Positions 38,229 to 48,700 of a stretch of 64,000 bases of DNA are shown here, piece after piece; positions within the stretch are counted from its first letter, which is position 1; the number at the start of each line of letters is the position of its first letter. Position numbers and translations under genes: made by a program. The stretch is from an uncultured bacterium (GTDB lineage Bacteria > Omnitrophota > Omnitrophia > Omnitrophales > Abzuiibacteriaceae). The notes beneath the pieces are model-generated. The model searched no databases. It was not told the DNA's origin and worked only from the letters and a program-made list of their open reading frames with translations. The stretch is taken from positions 32,001 through 96,000 of the forward strand of contig CAYLXA010000003.1 in the NCBI GenBank assembly GCA_964387845.1. Reading direction: 5' to 3'.

Positions 38229-39070
38229 AACTTCACCGCATTGAGTTCGGCTAAAGCTTTCTTTTCTTCTTCAGCCGTCGGCGCGACACCGTGGAAATGA
38301 TTGTTATTTTCCATAAACGAAACGCCCTTGCCTTTGACCGTATGCGCGATTAAGCAAATGGGTTTGCCTGATATTTTCTTCGCTGATTCCAAAGTTTTCA
38401 CAACTTCTTCCATGTTATGGCCGTCAAATTCGACGACATGCCAATTAAACGAGCGCCATTTGTCCGCGAGCGGTTCCATGTTGAGAATTTTCTCGGTAGA
38501 GTCCGAAAGCTGATATTTGTTGTAATCAATGATCAAAACCAAATGATCGATTTTGTGGTGCCACGCAAACGCAGCGCCTTCCCAGGTTTGGCCCTCGTCC
38601 ATTTCACCGTCCGACATCATGACGTAAGTCCAATAATCTTGCTTGCGAAGTTTTCGCGCAAGTGCCATTCCGATTCCGATCGATAAACCTTGGCCCAGCG
38701 AACCTGTGGATGCTTCAACGCCCGGCACGCGGCGGCGGTCCGGATGGCCCTGCATCGGGCTTCCGAGCTCGCGAAATGTCAAAAGCGTGTCGACTGAAAA
38801 ATATCCCGTACGCGCAAGAGCCGAATATAAAACCGGCGACGCATGGCCTTTGCTTAATATGAAGCGATCGCGGTCCGGCCATTCGGGATTTTTGGAATCA
38901 TGTTTGAGAATATTGAAATAGAGCGCGGTCAAAATATCAGTCGCAGAAAGCGAGCCGCCGGGATGTCCGGAGCCTGCTTTTGCCGTCATGCGGATGATGT
39001 CTTTTCGGATTTCGAGGGCGTGCTTTTTTAAATCCGGAATTGATACTTTTTGCATCTCTTTTGCTTGCAT
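38225..39070 (-). CDS. Transketolase, N-terminal (TPP-binding) subunit
   Basis: 281 aa; GHPGGSLS, MMSDGEMDEGQTWEGAAFA TPP-binding motifs. Confidence 0.9.
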   Translation of the reverse strand: MQAKEMQKVSIPDLKKHALEIRKDIIRMTAKAGSGHPGGSLSATDILTALYFNILKHDSKNPEWPDRDRFILSKGHASPVLYSALARTGYFSVDTLLTFRELGSPMQGHPDRRRVPGVEASTGSLGQGLSIGIGMALARKLRKQDYWTYVMMSDGEMDEGQTWEGAAFAWHHKIDHLVLIIDYNKYQLSDSTEKILNMEPLADKWRSFNWHVVEFDGHNMEEVVKTLESAKKISGKPICLIAHTVKGKGVSFMENNNHFHGVAPTAEEEKKALAELNAVKL

Positions 39071-39660
39071 ATAGTTACAGAAAAATATAAAAACGTTAAA
39101 TTGGCAAAAATTAGGTGATTAATATAGCTTTTTTTTATCTGCACGTCAACATTCTGTTTTTCCCTCCTCCACCTCCCCCTTTTCCGGCGCAATAATTTCG
39201 CCGGATCTAAAATATATGCTGCTCTGCTTCGTTGCGCTCCGGCAATTCTAGGCGGAAGGCCTAAACAGAATTGCCGGTGCTCACTGTCCCAATTCTCATT
39301 GATTTTCCCGAAGCGCTTACTAATTGAAAATTGGGACTGCCCTCACTACCGATTAGAATACAATCGGGCTTTAATGAAAGTGATGGGCTGCTAGTTTCAC
39401 TACGAGCCGAGCTGGACTCTCCGTTCAACTAATGCCGCTCCGCAGCATATATTTCGACCCGGCGAAGAAAGTTGTTTCTCAAAGCGCCTTACGGAGCGAG
39501 GATTCAGGTCGAATCATCGCGGAGTCAGGACGAGCACGGCAAATCATTGGCCAGTTCGCCAATAGATTGCCGGCGGAGTGAAGCGGAGAGAAACAACTTT
39601 CTGAGCAATGCATGAATAAGGCTATATATTTTGCGGTGGGGAACAGTATAATAGCGGGCT

Positions 39661-40788
39661 ATGAGCGAACAAAAGCAGGCGATTTTGATTATCGATGACA
39701 GCGAACGCAATGCAGACATGTATTACGCCACGAAATTTATTGCGCCGGATCCTTTCATCTTCATTCAAATCGACGGAAAAAAGACTTTGCTCGCAAGCGA
39801 CCTAGAGCTTGACCGTGCAAAAGATCAATCAATTGCCGATGAAGTGCTTTCCACTTCTGAAATCGCAAAAACCCTGAAAGCAAAAGGTATTGCGCCGAAC
39901 AGCATTGAAATCACCGATTGGGTTTTGAAAAACCGCGGGATTCAGAATATTTTGGTTCCGGCCAGCTTCCCCGTTCAATATGCCGACGCGCTCCGTAAAA
40001 AAAGTTACACGCTTGAATGGAAACGCGATCCTTTTTTTGATGCGCGCGTGATTAAAACAAAAGACGAGATCAAGGCCATCACACAAGCGCTGCGCCATAC
40101 CGAAAATGCGATTCACGCGGCTGTTGAAGTCCTCAAAAAATCCAAAATCAGCGGAAAATATTTGATGTACAAAGGCAAAAAACTGACTTCGGAAGATATT
40201 AAAAAAGTCATTAACGTCAAATTAATGGAAGCGGGCTGCATCGCGGCTCATACAATTATTTCCTGCTTCAATGATTGCGTCGACCCGCACAATCAAGGCT
40301 CGGGGCCTTTATTAGCCAATCAATCGATCATCATGGACGTGTTTCCGCATTCATCCGAAACACGCTATTTCGCGGATATCACACGGACATTCGTGCGCGG
40401 GAAAGCGTCTGATAAATTAAAGCAGATTTATAAGACGGTGAAAGAAGGCCAAGAGATCGCATTCCGCCAAGTGCGAAACGGCGCGGACGGCTCCAAAATT
40501 CATTCCGACATTATGAAATATTTTGAAAGTTTGGGATTCAAAACCGGTGTTCAAGACGGCCGCATGCAGGGATTTTTCCACGGAACGGGCCACGGCGTCG
40601 GAATCGAAATTCACGAGCCGCCGCGGATTTCCGTATCAAAAGACATTCTCAAAACCAACCAAGTCGTGACAGTCGAACCCGGGCTTTATTATTGGAATAC
40701 GGGCGGTGTCCGGCTGGAAGATATGGTTGTCGTTGATGAGAATGGATGTACGAACCTCACCAAATTTCCCAAACAACTTGAAATCTAG
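39661..40788 (+). CDS. M24-family Xaa-Pro aminopeptidase/dipeptidase
   Basis: 375 aa; metal ligands in HGTGHGVGIEIHEPP and VTVEPGLY. Confidence 0.85.
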   Translation: MSEQKQAILIIDDSERNADMYYATKFIAPDPFIFIQIDGKKTLLASDLELDRAKDQSIADEVLSTSEIAKTLKAKGIAPNSIEITDWVLKNRGIQNILVPASFPVQYADALRKKSYTLEWKRDPFFDARVIKTKDEIKAITQALRHTENAIHAAVEVLKKSKISGKYLMYKGKKLTSEDIKKVINVKLMEAGCIAAHTIISCFNDCVDPHNQGSGPLLANQSIIMDVFPHSSETRYFADITRTFVRGKASDKLKQIYKTVKEGQEIAFRQVRNGADGSKIHSDIMKYFESLGFKTGVQDGRMQGFFHGTGHGVGIEIHEPPRISVSKDILKTNQVVTVEPGLYYWNTGGVRLEDMVVVDENGCTNLTKFPKQLEI

Positions 40789-40859
40789 TGATAAGTTGTA
40801 AGTGGTAAGTGCTAAGTTGTTCGATTTTCACTTTCTTAACACTTACAACTTATCACTTA
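40787..40859. repeat. Palindromic repeat, family C copy 1 (agtgataagttgtaagtg ... cacttacaacttatcact)
   Basis: Perfect 18-nt arms; between convergent genes, likely bidirectional terminator. Confidence 0.7.
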
Positions 40860-40867
40860 AAACTGAA

Positions 40868-41227
40868 TTAACGTCCTGTCCAGCCAAAATCCCCGAGCGT
40901 ACACTGACTCACCGGCTCTGTCGGTGACGGCGGGAGCCAAAACAAAATTACTTCCCCAGCGCCCTGGAATAATCTTAGGAAAAAATAGCCGAACCCTTTT
41001 CCGATTCCGCTTACAACATCCGGCTCTTTAAACGGCTGAACAAATATTTCCGCCCAGCTGAGACCGATATTGGTGATACCGCGCGTGAGTTTTCCCGGTG
41101 CGCTAACGGCCCAATTGCGCGATTCAGCGATATTGCAAACCCCGCAGCTTCCCTGAGGCGCAGCAAGTGCAACCCCGGAACCGGCGGCCAGAATTAAAAC
41201 CAAAGCAATGGCGATAACTTTTTTCAT
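40868..41227 (-). CDS. Small secreted hypothetical protein
   Basis: 119 aa with signal peptide ALVLILAAGSGVALA. Confidence 0.35.
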   Translation of the reverse strand: MKKVIAIALVLILAAGSGVALAAPQGSCGVCNIAESRNWAVSAPGKLTRGITNIGLSWAEIFVQPFKEPDVVSGIGKGFGYFFLRLFQGAGEVILFWLPPSPTEPVSQCTLGDFGWTGR

Positions 41228-41339
41228 GTGACTTTCCTCCTCGTGTGTTTTCCTCTTATTTGTCGGCGCAGGCAGCTTTAAAGTTTAAATTGATAACACC
41301 GATACATCAACAATCGGAAATTCGCATCTTCGGGAGGAT

Positions 41340-41822
41340 GTGACCATGACGATTCTAAAGTTCGTCCGCCGAAAAAGATCAAGCGGCATATACGGAGGCC
41401 TCGAAAAACGCAGGCATGAGCGGTTTTCCTTCGAACTTCCGCTTCGTTTTCAATCCGCAGGGCCCGAATCTCACGGCCCGCTTCAAATGGGAAAAGCCAG
41501 AGACGTCAGCCAGGGCGGCATGTTGTTTAAGGCCGTTAATCCACTTGCCCGCAAAACAACCGTTTTAATTGACCCCAATACCAAGCTGCTTTCCAAATTA
41601 ATCCGGATCGAAAAGGAACTTGTCACAATCGGCGGGAAAATTTTGGCGCGCGTCATGCGCACACATCTGAATCTTAATAATGGCTTGTTCGAAATCGGTG
41701 TGGAGTTTGTGAAAGTTAATGCAAAAGAAAAGAAATTTGAAGAAGAATCTGTCCGGGAAATCGGACAAAAGTTAGAAACCAAGCACAACCGTTTAGACAA
41801 ACGACGGTTTGGGTTTGCCTGA
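41340..41822 (+). CDS. PilZ-domain protein (putative c-di-GMP receptor)
   Basis: 160 aa; RRHERF (RxxxR) and DVSQGG (DxSxGG) motifs. Confidence 0.7.
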   Translation: MTMTILKFVRRKRSSGIYGGLEKRRHERFSFELPLRFQSAGPESHGPLQMGKARDVSQGGMLFKAVNPLARKTTVLIDPNTKLLSKLIRIEKELVTIGGKILARVMRTHLNLNNGLFEIGVEFVKVNAKEKKFEEESVREIGQKLETKHNRLDKRRFGFA

Positions 41823-42632
41823 AATAATTTTGTTTTTCTGTGCCAGTTGAAATAGTTTTTTAATTGCCGCCTTGCCCTTCTTTCCCATTTCAACCGTATA
41901 ATCGTTCACATACATGCCGACAAACTTGTCGTTCAAATCCGGTTTTAAGCCGCGGCCGAACTTAATTGCGTAATCGAGTGCGGGTTTTCGGTTTTCAAGC
42001 CCGTGGACAATGCTTTCTTTAAAAATCTTCGATATCTTTTTTACTTTGTCTTTCCCGAGATTTTTCCGGACCACATCAACACCTAAAGGCAGAGGCAATT
42101 TGGTTTTCTTCCACCACCACTCGCCTAAATCGACGATTTTGTAGAGTTTTTTATCTTTATAAGTTAACTGGCCTTCATGAATTACAACGCCGGCATCGAC
42201 TTTGCCCTTCGCGACAAAATCCAAAATCTGGTCAAACGGAACAATCTGCGTTTCCACATCTTTTTTGAACAATTTGAGGACAAGTGCTGCGGTCGTGAGA
42301 ATCCCGGGAATCGCAACTATTTTTCCGGAAAGCTCGGATGGTTTCATGGGTTTTTTAGAAATTATGATGGGCCCGTATTTATCACCGATACTCGCTCCGG
42401 CACGCATAACGGAATAATGATTCGTCAGATAGGCATACGCGTGAACCGAAACGGCTGTGGCTTCAAGCTCGGCTTTGAGCGCGCGCTGATTCAGGGATTC
42501 GATATCTTCCACCACGTGATCAATTTGGAGGCCATGTGTATCGATCTTATCCTTCGCGATTGCGTAAAACATAAACGCATCGTCAGGATCCGGCGAATGG
42601 CCAAAGCGTATCTTGGTTTCAGCAATTTTCAT
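41793..42632 (-). CDS. MqnA/MqnD-family protein (futalosine-pathway menaquinone biosynthesis)
   Basis: 279 aa; RFGHSPDPDDAFMFYAIA motif characteristic of the family. Confidence 0.7.
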   Translation of the reverse strand: MKIAETKIRFGHSPDPDDAFMFYAIAKDKIDTHGLQIDHVVEDIESLNQRALKAELEATAVSVHAYAYLTNHYSVMRAGASIGDKYGPIIISKKPMKPSELSGKIVAIPGILTTAALVLKLFKKDVETQIVPFDQILDFVAKGKVDAGVVIHEGQLTYKDKKLYKIVDLGEWWWKKTKLPLPLGVDVVRKNLGKDKVKKISKIFKESIVHGLENRKPALDYAIKFGRGLKPDLNDKFVGMYVNDYTVEMGKKGKAAIKKLFQLAQKNKIISGKPKPSFV

Positions 42633-42668
42633 AGGAGAGGCGTTATATCACGGTTTCCATTTTCGATC

Positions 42669-42727
42669 TAGTGGTAAGTGATAAGTTGGTCGATTAACTT
42701 ATCACTTATGACTTAGCACTTACCACT
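42669..42727. repeat. Palindromic repeat, family C copy 2 (agtggtaagtgataagtt ... aacttatcacttatgacttagcacttaccact)
   Basis: Shares ggtaagtg/gataagtt words with copy 1; immediately downstream of giant ORF stop. Confidence 0.65.
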
Positions 42728-42731
42728 GAAA

Positions 42732-45700
42732 TTACGCCGCTTTTCCAAGTACGGCGCGGCTAAAGAGCGTATGCATGAGTGAGCTGATAAATTCCGAGCT
42801 CGGATCGATCACGTCGCCCAACGAACGGAAATTGAACGAATCATTATGAGCGATTAGAAGCTGCGCAGCCTCAACGGCTCCCGGTCGGCCCAAAACTTTT
42901 GGAATATCACGCCGCGTGAGTTTTGAGAATAAATCGTGCTCGCCAATGGCCACAATCCGAGTCGTATCGCCTTTTGCATTGAGTTCATGTTTTAAGCGGT
43001 CGATTAAAATATTGTACGCTTGATCCGCCGAAAGTTCGCGGCCGACACTCAAACGCTCGCGCGTATAAAGCTGCAAGCGCGATCTTTGCCCGCTTTGCTT
43101 GCCAAAAATGTCGGCGTTTGGAAATAACTCTTCAACAGCCCTTTCGGCAACAAATGTGTTATCAAATTCGGAAGCGACAACCGAAAATTCGATTTTTGAA
43201 CCGGGATTTGCACTCATATCCGCCAAAATCGCTTCGCGCAATTCCGAACGGTTCTTCAATTCCTCAAACGAGATTACAATATTCCCCTTCACGTTTGACG
43301 GAATGCTTGCTTGATTCGCTTCACGCCTCAATTCAGACCGGGATTCTTGAGTTTCACCAAAAACCGCCTTAAGTCGATCCAAATATTGTGTCCGGTAAGC
43401 GCCCTCCGGAAAGTCTTCCAACTCGTCGGGATGGCTGCGGGCGGCGTCTGCTTCCTGTTCGACCTCATCGCCAACCCGTTCATCCTCTAAATATTCTTTG
43501 ATCACCTTCGTGGCCGCTTCAAGCTGTGCTTGGGTAATTCCCAATCGTTTAGGTGCTTCCAAATAAATTGCGATCGGTGTTTCATATATTGTGAAAAGCG
43601 TGGTGGCGGTTATCCGGCTTGAAAAATGATTCGCCGGATTATTTTCTTCACCAATCCAATAACGGACACCTGCCTCGATCAAAGGCAGTGTCAAGCCGAG
43701 CAATATTCGGCTTGGGCCTTCATGCAAGCCGGCAGCGTGATTTAAAACTGCGTGTTCAAGATGAAAAGAACTGTTGTCCAAACGGCTTTCAAAATGATCT
43801 TTAAATTCATTCCGGATATGCTCGATCAATGCCTCATCGCTTGTGCGCAATTCAGAGCGGGATTCGTCCTTTCGTACAAGAGCGCTCTTCCAGCCTCTTG
43901 ATTTTTGGCCGTCAGCGCCAACCGCCATCAGCATGTTGCCAAGTTCGTACGTTTGTAAATTGGTCCTGCCAAATACAGCATTTGTTAAAATTTTTACTTG
44001 CACACTTTTATCTTCGATTTCTGAAATTACTTTTAAGATTGGATTAGCATTGGTTAAAGCATCTTTAATGATCCACCTCGCTAAATATTTTGGAAACTTT
44101 AAGAAAAATTCTTCTTGTTCCAGAAAAGTCAAATCAGAAAATTTTTCATCCAAAATTCTGATCAATTCATCCGTTGTTTTGACCTCGCCAAATCTTGGCC
44201 AAGCCGGGAAGTTTTCCTGAATAAATTCTTGTATTTTTAAAACTCTTTGTGCATCGTTAGAAAATTTTTGTCCTTTTGTTGCTTCTGAGATTAACTGATT
44301 TGTCAGAAGGCGTGGATTTTCTATTTGATATAAATTCGAAATTTGAATTCTTTCATCTTTGGATAATTCCGATATTTTCTGCCGAAGACGGCGTTCTAAA
44401 TCCATATCTTTTTCAGGATCAATAAAGGGCAATTCGTAGAATGAGGCGTCTGCTAAATCAGGATGATGACGGGTTAAATAAGTCAGTAAAATATCTTGGA
44501 TGCTTCTGTTTTCCAAAGGTACGTTGCCATCGCCAAATTCCCGCACTAAGAGTTCTTTTTTATTTGAATCACCAGATATTAATAATCTATTCGAGGCATC
44601 AATAAAAACTTCCGGAATAATTCCGGGGAATGCGAGAACAATCTCTCGTCCTTGCCGGAAACTATTCGGCTGAAATTTTTCCTGTGCCCAATCCGGAATA
44701 TCAGTTCTTCCCCAAAGTCCGCCTGCTTCACCCATAAAATCCCGTTTTAATTCTCTTTCTAAAGACTCAAATGAAACACCAGCGCGCAAAAGCCAGCTTA
44801 ATTTGGTCCGCGCTTTCGAGAAAGTCATGTGATAAGGAATATTAATGGCGCCTGATTGCGAAACATTTGAAACAACAGGGATTTTCTTCCTTTTCAAACT
44901 TTGAATAGTAGCCCTGATATATTCGATCTCGGGGTTCTTTGAAAAATCGCCCTGGATAACAAGTCCTGCCCGAACGCCGGCTTGCTCTGCGTGCCGCTCG
45001 ATTCGATTGCCGGCTTGAAAGAGCACCAGCGCAGGCGTTGTTTCATCTATAAGCAAATGCTCAACATAACCAAATTCTTCATTTTTATGAAACTTTGGTT
45101 GTTTTTCTAGATTGGCCAATTTGCTGCTTACTGTTTGTAAGAAATCCATATCGAAACTGATATTTCCCTTGGAATCAACGGCGCCGATTGCTTTTCCATA
45201 ACTAGCAAAAAGACTCCCTTTTGAAGACGAGTCCGTTCTGATCTTCGAAATAAGACTTCCGAGATAGATTTGACTGTCAATGACAACATAGACCAAATTT
45301 GGAATATCTGTACGTTTTGCAACTTCTTCAGCTGCTTTCAAATTTAATATCTTTTCCTTTTCATTAACCGTGGAAGATCCTGTTAAAACAATTCGTGTCG
45401 GTAATGATCCATCAAATTCAAGCGAAAGAACCAGGCCTGTTTCTGCCAAGGTGTCGGTTCCGTGCGTGAGGATAATTCCACCCATTTCTCTTTGAGAAAC
45501 CTTGATCTCTTCGGCTAATGTCGTCTTCCTCGAGATTTCATCTTTGATATGATCAATTATTTTTTCCCATTCTTTCGGGCCAATATTCGTACTATCCGGA
45601 TTTTTATCGAAAACACTTTTGTAAAAAACAGTATTCTTTAAATGCGTTAATAAAACTCTTACCGCATCAACAGTCTTCCGCGCAAATTCGCCGATCATAT

Positions 45701-48700
45701 CAATCGTTCCGCCGGCATTTAAGATTGAAACGCCGGACAATTCTTTCTGAAGTTCTGCAATACTTTGCCCGCTGCGCAATTCGGATCTCACGTTTTCTTC
45801 AACCGGCTCTTCGGCATTCGGCTCATCGAGCTGTTTCAAGACGCGGTTTGTGGTAGCAATCGAATCTTCAAAAACGCCCAGCTCTTCCTTCGCTTTTTTC
45901 AATTCTAATAATTCCCTTGCCTGATCTTCAGGAAGTTCGACAATCCGGTCTTTGATTTCCAAAATCTTTTCAAGTCTGTCCGGACTAACGCCCAGCGCTT
46001 TCCTTAAAAATGCGGAATCTTTTAAATAATCAAAGAGCTTTTCGACCGCTTTGGCCATATCAAAAGGAGGAAGGATTTTGATGTATTGATCAATGTCGGG
46101 TGTTTTGTTTTCCCATGCATCTTTCAAGATCGTCACATTCTGGACTATTTTTTTCTTCGTTCCCTTTCCTCCCTTCACCGGAGCATCCACAATCTTGGGT
46201 GCCAATTCGATGCCGGTTAAACGAGCTATTTCCGGCATCCTGGATTCTTTGTTATAAAGCTCTTTTCTAACCCGGTAAGGCAGCCGCATAACCAGATCTG
46301 CATGAATACGAGCTCTTAATAGTGCTTTATACTCAGGGCTTCCGAATTCAATCGGTTTTTCGGGTTCAGGCTCTTGCGTGACAGAGGAATTTTCGAATGA
46401 ATCGACTAATGGGGTTTTTCCTATGATCGCCCGGGGTATCTCCAAACGCCTATTCGTTACCGCTGCCTGGCGAGCGTTTTTAGGTAAAAATTTATCGGCG
46501 AAATGCGGCGGATACGGATCCGCATTAAGTTCTAGAACCGTTTCGCGCCTAATCCCATAAATTAAATCTGAAGTCACATTCAATATTCTCGCCAACTTGC
46601 CCACTAATCTAGTAACTTCGGTGAATTTGACTTGTTTACTCCCGGAAAGCACTGCGTGAACATGCCCATAGGTTTCTTGTATTTGATTAAAAAGCTCGCT
46701 GGTAGTGATATGAGTAATGCCTCTTGCTTCAACAATGATTCTAATTCTGTCCCAATATGTCAAACTTGGATCAAACAAAGATTCGATAATGGCTGGCGTA
46801 AGAGCATAAATCGTCCATTGATCAACCGGAGATGCTCTTTCAATTTCCGAGACAAATGGTGGTTGCTGTTCTGGTTGGGGCGCTTCGGAAGCAGTTTCTG
46901 GAGTACTATCAATGTTTTTTAGCATTTCCGACAATCTAAGCGGCAACATTTCTTCTGCAGTTTCTTCTATCGTACCCGTCAGGGGTTGTTCTTCTGTTTC
47001 TGAGGGTTTAGCTTCAGTCAAAACTTCTTGTTTTACCAACTCAAGTTCTTGCTCGGTAGTCAAACCCAATCGTATGGAAAACTGTTCAAAGAGCATGATT
47101 TCTGGCCCTAAGATCCTTCTGATTTCTTTACCCTCTTCGCTTTCAGGAGTGTGGAGCAATTGTGCAAACTCCAAAGTATCTACTAACACTTCCCGGCTGG
47201 CAATACGCGGCCCCCCAAATGCGGGGTTGGTCGGCGGTACAAACAATAAACCTCGGTCAATCATATGCTGCAATGCTTCACCCATACGGGCTCCGCCGAT
47301 CGTGGTACCGAGCCGCGGATGCCAAACGACGTCCTGCGATTGGCCTTCCGATTTCGTATAAATTTCTTCCCAAAGAATCAATGCAATCAAGAGAGGCGCC
47401 ATTATCCTGCCTTTGTTCGGCCCGCTTTTGTATTTGAAAAGAACGTCGGGATCCTTCAGTAAAGTATCGGGAAGCAGATATTCTTTCACTGAAAATTTCA
47501 AATATTCTTTCAATGCGGCTTGATCCACGGAAAGATTTTCAAACGGTTGGTCTGGATTTCTGTTTAAGATTGCTTCTTCAATTTTTTTGCGAACCTCCGC
47601 ACCCATTTCATGATCAACTTCGAGCTGATTTTTGCTGTTAAACAATGATTCAAAATCCAACCCCACATGATTCGTGTATTCAGACATAGCTTCTACTTGC
47701 CATGGCTCTAGCTTTTCTGAAAGCCATTCGTGCACTTGCCCTACTCGAATGGTAACGTCCCGGTATTTTTCATCAGAATAAATTTGGTCAACTAATTTGC
47801 TAATTTCTTGAGGGTCTTCTTCTTTGATTGTCTTGAAAAATAAGTTTTCAAGATCGGCATCTCCCGTCAAATGATGAAGCAGCATATACCGAAGAATTGT
47901 TTTTTGCGTATTGCCTGCAAACCGCATTCCTCTCACAGTATCTGAATCCCTCATCTTAGTAATCGCTTTCATGGAGGAGCGCCGGATATTACCATGCATG
48001 CGCTCGACTGCCTGGCGATTAAGTCCGAAAATCAAATAAAGATCGATGATCATAAGCTGGGTTTCAACTGGAAGAGCTCCGCTTTGCTCGAAGCTTCTCT
48101 CAACAGCTTTATCAATCAATCCAATTTGACCTTCAATCAACAAATGTGTACGCCGGCTCGAATCCATCATCGATTTCAAAAGCTTCAATCGGTGGCCTTC
48201 GGCTAACGCTAAATCACGAAATTCGATCTGAAGCGTTGTGCTGCGATTCATTTCTATCTGGCGTGAAAAAACTTTGTCCAGTTTTTCAAACGCTTTTTCC
48301 AAGTCTATCTTTGCCTGGCCGATCAACTCTTCCGCAAGCTCCGGTTCGACTTGATCCACCAAGTGATCGGCTTGGTTTAGTTTTGCTTTTGCCTGGCCTA
48401 AATAATATTTAAACCATTGCTTATAAACTTGGGTTGAAATGTCTTCATAGATAGAACGTAAACGCCAATAAGCTTCTCCCCATTTGCTGGATGTTTGGCT
48501 CTCTTTAAATGAATCATCGTCCAAGAATGTTTTTACGGTTACGGCAACCTTCATCATGGTTTCGTAAAATAAATTAATTCTTGCTTGTTGAATGGAAATA
48601 TCCGATGCGCCGGATAGTGACTTGAAGTCTTTGTGCAAACGCCCGTAAACAGGAGATGTTCTGCTTTCAAAAAATATAGACTCTTTATTTTTAATATCCA

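Noticed and set aside
39071-39660. tRNA, tmRNA or RNase P RNA in the large noncoding region
   Set aside because: I could not find T-arm (GGTTCGAATCC-like), tmRNA 3'-end or RNase P P4 consensus strings on either strand. It is kept only as an unclassified structured region.
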